29,100 nucleotides of DNA from a virus (taxonomy: Duplodnaviria; Caudoviricetes), in IMG/VR virus record IMGVR_UViG_3300030332_000436, positions 1-29,100 of that record. One strand, 5' to 3'. Made by a program: the position numbers and the translations under genes. Positions 25,740 to 29,100 of this stretch are shown here, in pieces. How positions within the stretch are numbered: position 1 is the first letter of the stretch; each line of letters begins with the position of its first letter. The notes below the pieces were generated by a model that searched no databases, was not told the origin of the DNA, and saw only the letters and a list, made by a program, of their open reading frames with translations.

Positions 25740-26147
25740 TTAATTTATATTAATAGTAGCATATATATCCGCTTTTTTTAATAGATAATAGTATTTATAT
25801 ATTTCAGTATTGTTTTTAAATTCGGTTTGTATAGGGCTTATTAGCTTCATTACTGTTCTAAATATTAAATCTTTTTCTATTGCAATTAGATCATAAATGA
25901 AGATGCCACTATTATCTGCTACAACATATATAGGGTGCTTTTTAAGTCTTTGTGCTATCATTAAAAGGTTATAGAACTTATCTACCTGGATAAATTTTTC
26001 ATCATAAACCTTATTTCTTTTTTTGATTTCAACTATTAAATTATCATTATAAGCATCATAGTATTCAAATTGATTATTAGACAATTTTAAGTCTAACTTT
26101 TTATTATCATTGATCGTCTTTATAATGTTAATTTCATCCTTCTTCAT
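25740..26147 (-). CDS. Putative PD-(D/E)XK nuclease-fold protein (135 aa)
   Basis: YDAY....IVEIKKR motif. Confidence 0.6.
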   Translation of the reverse strand: MKKDEINIIKTINDNKKLDLKLSNNQFEYYDAYNDNLIVEIKKRNKVYDEKFIQVDKFYNLLMIAQRLKKHPIYVVADNSGIFIYDLIAIEKDLIFRTVMKLISPIQTEFKNNTEIYKYYYLLKKADIYATININ

Positions 26148-26454
26148 CTAACCTATTATATATTAATTGTTCTTTATAACTTAAATCTTCATACTTATAA
26201 GTTGGTATGCAGCCATACATATTTTCATCATAATAATAAGGCTCATCTTTGCCTTTAAGATGTATTATAATCTTTTCATTATTATTATTATATTGATGAT
26301 ACCTATATATTTTAGATGTTGAACAGCTAAACTTAACTGCTATTTCTTCAAAAGTATAGCCCTTCAGGACCATTAAGCCAATTTTAGCTATTTCGTTTTT
26401 CGATAACATACCAACCCTTTTTAAGTAGCTCATTTCAGAACGGTAGATCGTCAT
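26134..26454 (-). CDS. HTH DNA-binding protein (106 aa)
   Basis: GYTFEEIAVKFSCSTSKIYRY HTH. Start may be a downstream Met. Confidence 0.65.
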   Translation of the reverse strand: MTIYRSEMSYLKRVGMLSKNEIAKIGLMVLKGYTFEEIAVKFSCSTSKIYRYHQYNNNNEKIIIHLKGKDEPYYYDENMYGCIPTYKYEDLSYKEQLIYNRLDEEG

Positions 26455-26779
26455 CGGTTTCTACATCGCTTACGGGTTCTTCTAGCTTAGTCTGGTTTTC
26501 TTCTTTAGCTTTAAACACCTTCCAGGCTTCCAATGTAGTAAAATATCGTTCTTCCCATTGTCTGCATTTTACGTTGAAATCAACGTCTATAATATCATCA
26601 ACTTTATTATACTTTAAAAAGTTTTCTACTTTATCTGAACCGAATATTTCAAAACAATATAAGTTATTATATTCTGCATCCGTTGTTAAAGTAAATTCTA
26701 CTTTTTTCCAATCTTTACCAGCCTTAGAAGTGCCTTCCCTGACTTGCATTACTTTTTCTATTTTTCCTGTTACTTTCAT
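26435..26779 (-). CDS. DUF3127-family single-stranded DNA-binding-like protein
   Basis: G.SK.GK.WKK.EF, V.FN...R.W..RYFT.L.AWK and acidic DDDLPF tail. Confidence 0.85.
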   Translation of the reverse strand: MKVTGKIEKVMQVREGTSKAGKDWKKVEFTLTTDAEYNNLYCFEIFGSDKVENFLKYNKVDDIIDVDFNVKCRQWEERYFTTLEAWKVFKAKEENQTKLEEPVSDVETDDDLPF

Positions 26780-26790
26780 TTTTATTTGTT

Positions 26791-27048
26791 TTAATTTAAT
26801 GAACTTGATCTATTTTCGTTTTTTCTTTCCTTATCATCATCTTCAAAAGTAGTAATTGGGGTGTCAGAATTAAAATATGTATCTATCGCTTCCTGAGTAT
26901 AACCATACATCTGCATTAACCCTATACAATGATGATAAAATTCCGATGGGTGTATATGGAACTTATTAATAATAATCTGTTTTTCTACTCCATTTTGAGT
27001 AATACTCAAAATAATGTTTGGTAAATTTTGCTGTTTTTTATTTTCCAT
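26791..27048 (-). CDS. Hypothetical protein (85 aa)
   Basis: ORF with the conserved AAACAAAATGGAAAA start context. Confidence 0.65.
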   Translation of the reverse strand: MENKKQQNLPNIILSITQNGVEKQIIINKFHIHPSEFYHHCIGLMQMYGYTQEAIDTYFNSDTPITTFEDDDKERKNENRSSSLN

Positions 27049-27259
27049 TTTGTTTATTTTTATATGATTTTAAAAAGTTAATTAATACTGCCTGTTCTGT
27101 TATATCTAATATGTATTTAAAGCCATCACAATTATTATTAATTAATTCAAAGTCATCATTACAGTCCGAATGATAAAACCAAAACTGACCTTTATCGCAT
27201 TTTCTAATTATCATTTTTTCGTTATGCTCATTTATATATTGAACCTGTAAGTGTATCAT
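27038..27259 (-). CDS. Hypothetical protein (73 aa)
   Basis: ORF with the conserved AAAACAAATAAAAATG start context. Confidence 0.65.
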   Translation of the reverse strand: MIHLQVQYINEHNEKMIIRKCDKGQFWFYHSDCNDDFELINNNCDGFKYILDITEQAVLINFLKSYKNKQNGK

Positions 27260-27272
27260 TTTTATTTGTTTT

Positions 27273-27337
27273 AAAAAGGATGGATGCTTTTTTAAAGCTA
27301 TATAGTTCCAAACGTCATTGTATAACTTCCACCCTTT
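27273..27337 (-). terminator. Intergenic stem-loop (terminator-like or structured RNA)
   Basis: AAAGGGUGGA pairs with UCCAUCCUUU (10 bp). Inner AGUUAUA/UAUAGCU stem and an 11-nt 3' bulge, ending in U5. Confidence 0.5.
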
Positions 27338-27342
27338 AATTA

Positions 27343-27834
27343 TTAATTAATCTTTAAATTTTTATTTTCTTGTATTGAACAGCCTTTAATTTCCATACCA
27401 TCTTTAATAGCTTTTTTAATAGCCAATTTATCTGCCTGTTCAGTTACTTTAATTACTTTAAATACTTTAGGCAAAGCGTTAACATCTTCAACGATCAGCG
27501 ATTCACTTTTACGGGTGCTGAACTTAGTAAAGCCAACTTCAAAAGCCCCAAATAAATTAACTGCGTTTAAAAGCCTGTTTTTTAAATATGATACAACATT
27601 ACTGTTTTGCCGTTTAAGTGCCTGTAATCGTTTTATTTCATCGTCTATTTGCATTGTAAAGGCTTCTTTACTTTTAATTACTGATAGATAAGCTATTGAT
27701 TTACTTTGTAGCTGGGTTTCATTGATCTCTAACTGCTCATTAATTTCGTCTGTTATTTCGCCTTCAGCATCTTCTACTTGCCTTATTAGCTCTATGTAGG
27801 TTTCTTCAATTTTGTATAGTGTTTGTTTTTCCAT
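27343..27834 (-). CDS. Siphovirus Gp157-family protein
   Basis: LY.I, EIKRLQ.LK, RKSES, DK.AIKKAIK.G.EI.G and L.I C-terminus. Confidence 0.85.
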   Translation of the reverse strand: MEKQTLYKIEETYIELIRQVEDAEGEITDEINEQLEINETQLQSKSIAYLSVIKSKEAFTMQIDDEIKRLQALKRQNSNVVSYLKNRLLNAVNLFGAFEVGFTKFSTRKSESLIVEDVNALPKVFKVIKVTEQADKLAIKKAIKDGMEIKGCSIQENKNLKIN

Positions 27835-27853
27835 TTTGTTTTGTTTTTAGGTT

Positions 27854-28270
27854 TTATTTTTTTAATGCTAAATGTAATTCTACAATAGACTGCTCTAATG
27901 TTCTTAATTTTTCTGGTATATTTTTTAAAGGAAAATCTAAATATGATTCTCTGGAATAAGGCGTATATTTATATTCTTTGCCTTTTATTTTAATTCTACC
28001 CATTAACCAATCTACTAAATCGTTATAAAAATCGTACTCTATAAAATGACTTACATTAGTTGCTTCATAGCAATAAAATTTCTTTAACGCATCATTAAAC
28101 CAGATAAACTCTACTTTTTTTGCAGTTATCTTTTTAACAAAAAATATATGTCCTGAAAAAAGTACACACCCATATCTAAAATATGTATATCCGTTATCGT
28201 CTATTCCTTTAGGAATTCTGTTGTCAATGTGCCATTTGGATTTAATAGGGTTTATAAGTTCTTTTTCCAT
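27854..28270 (-). CDS. Hypothetical protein (138 aa)
   Basis: ORF in the early operon with a conserved start context. Confidence 0.7.
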   Translation of the reverse strand: MEKELINPIKSKWHIDNRIPKGIDDNGYTYFRYGCVLFSGHIFFVKKITAKKVEFIWFNDALKKFYCYEATNVSHFIEYDFYNDLVDWLMGRIKIKGKEYKYTPYSRESYLDFPLKNIPEKLRTLEQSIVELHLALKK

Positions 28271-28275
28271 TTTGT

Positions 28276-28512
28276 TTATTTTATTAGTTCATTAAGTTTG
28301 TTTACTTCTCTTTTTAATCTTCTGTGCCAGTAGCTAAGTGATTTCTTTTTAATGATTATATCATTATAGGTTTTATCAGTACCACCTAACAGCATTAATA
28401 GATTATTATTTGCCAATATATCTTCTTTAAATTCTATTCTCTTTTCAGCCATTTCAATGTAAGTAATTACTTCATCAATAATATCTAATTGTTTTCTTAT
28501 TGCGTCCATCAT
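28276..28512 (-). CDS. Hypothetical protein (78 aa)
   Basis: TAATG overlap with the ERF gene. Confidence 0.65.
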   Translation of the reverse strand: MMDAIRKQLDIIDEVITYIEMAEKRIEFKEDILANNNLLMLLGGTDKTYNDIIIKKKSLSYWHRRLKREVNKLNELIK

Positions 28513-29100
28513 TACTGCTTTTTAAATTGGTTGATTTGCGTCTTATTAAGTTGAAAGTTTTTAATTAATTGTTCTTTAGTGTATTCGCCTTTTTCTATTG
28601 ATCTTATAGCTTCTTCAAATCGTGCTTTATTTAGCTTAGGCTTAGACTTTGGTACATCAATATTATTAGAATGCTCGTTATCTGCATCGTCTATTTTGCC
28701 TGTTGGCACTAAGAACGTATATAGTAAACAATACTTCAAAGCGTAGGTCGTAGCTTTACCAGCAGATTTATCCTGGCTGTCTATTCCGTGACCATAACCA
28801 CAAAGCTCTAAGGCTTCGCCAGATTCGTGCATTAATAAATATTTAGTTTTGACTTCAGTAAATATAGACTGCTTTCTTTTTTCTTGACCATTATATACAT
28901 CGGTCCATTTACTTAATGTAGATTCTACTTCCATTTCCGTTGGAATTATTGTAAGTCCGTTTTTCTGCATAGCTGCACCGATAACTTTTTTAACTTCTTG
29001 ATCTGATACACCTTTATAGGAATACTGACCACTTCCAACTGTCATAGATTTATCAATACCTTTGACTTCATCCATAACTTTTAGGATGGCTTTAACAATT
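28512..29100 (-). CDS. ERF-family single-strand annealing protein (5' end probably outside window)
   Basis: G.G.D..DK..GKA.TYA.KY.L motif. The frame stays open to the edge (IVKAILKVMDEVKG...). Confidence 0.85.
   Translation of the reverse strand, partial: IVKAILKVMDEVKGIDKSMTVGSGQYSYKGVSDQEVKKVIGAAMQKNGLTIIPTEMEVESTLSKWTDVYNGQEKRKQSIFTEVKTKYLLMHESGEALELCGYGHGIDSQDKSAGKATTYALKYCLLYTFLVPTGKIDDADNEHSNNIDVPKSKPKLNKARFEEAIRSIEKGEYTKEQLIKNFQLNKTQINQFKKQ

Noticed and set aside
1386-26852. All plus-strand ORFs in the track (e.g. 7791-8156, 8738-9091, 18164-18469, 20084-20359, 26574-26852)
   Set aside because: Each lies antisense to a well-supported minus-strand gene, has shadow-like composition and shows no recognisable motifs.
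1-29100. CRISPR array, tRNA genes, integrase/att site, stop-codon reassignment, restriction endonuclease cognate to the MTases
   Set aside because: No regularly spaced repeat-spacer units, cloverleaf or integrase were seen, and genes tile densely under the standard code. The nuclease between the MTases has Hjc-like resolvase motifs and size rather than REase features.

Overview
A 29.1-kb, AT-rich segment of a tailed dsDNA phage genome with siphovirus-type morphogenesis genes. The host is most likely Bacteroidota/Flavobacteriia, based on A-rich SD-less gene starts, a TAnnTTTG promoter element and DUF3127/DUF6291-like genes. All credible genes are on the minus strand. In transcription order (right to left) the modules are: (1) recombination and replication (ERF-type annealase, Gp157-like, SSB-like, replication initiator with internal iterons, DnaB-like helicase); (2) a run of membrane micropeptides; (3) DNA modification (N6/N4 MTase, Hjc-like resolvase, a free-standing MTase target-recognition/HTH module, C5 cytosine MTase); (4) a sigma-like regulator; (5) ParB, TET/JBP dioxygenase, TerS and TerL; (6) a rearranged structural module (frameshifting tail chaperone, tail genes, tape measure, protease, scaffold, capsid, tail tube, portal, connectors, double-LamG protein); (7) small genes and a GroES-like start at the left edge. 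The most notable signals are the ParB-TET/JBP cassette coupled to terminase, an apparently split C5 MTase with a separate TRD gene, a c4/CI-like structured leader RNA with a uORF in front of the replication initiator, a -1 frameshift missed by the ORF track, and a repeated late-promoter-like motif. Family assignments come from motif recognition only; no database searches were run.
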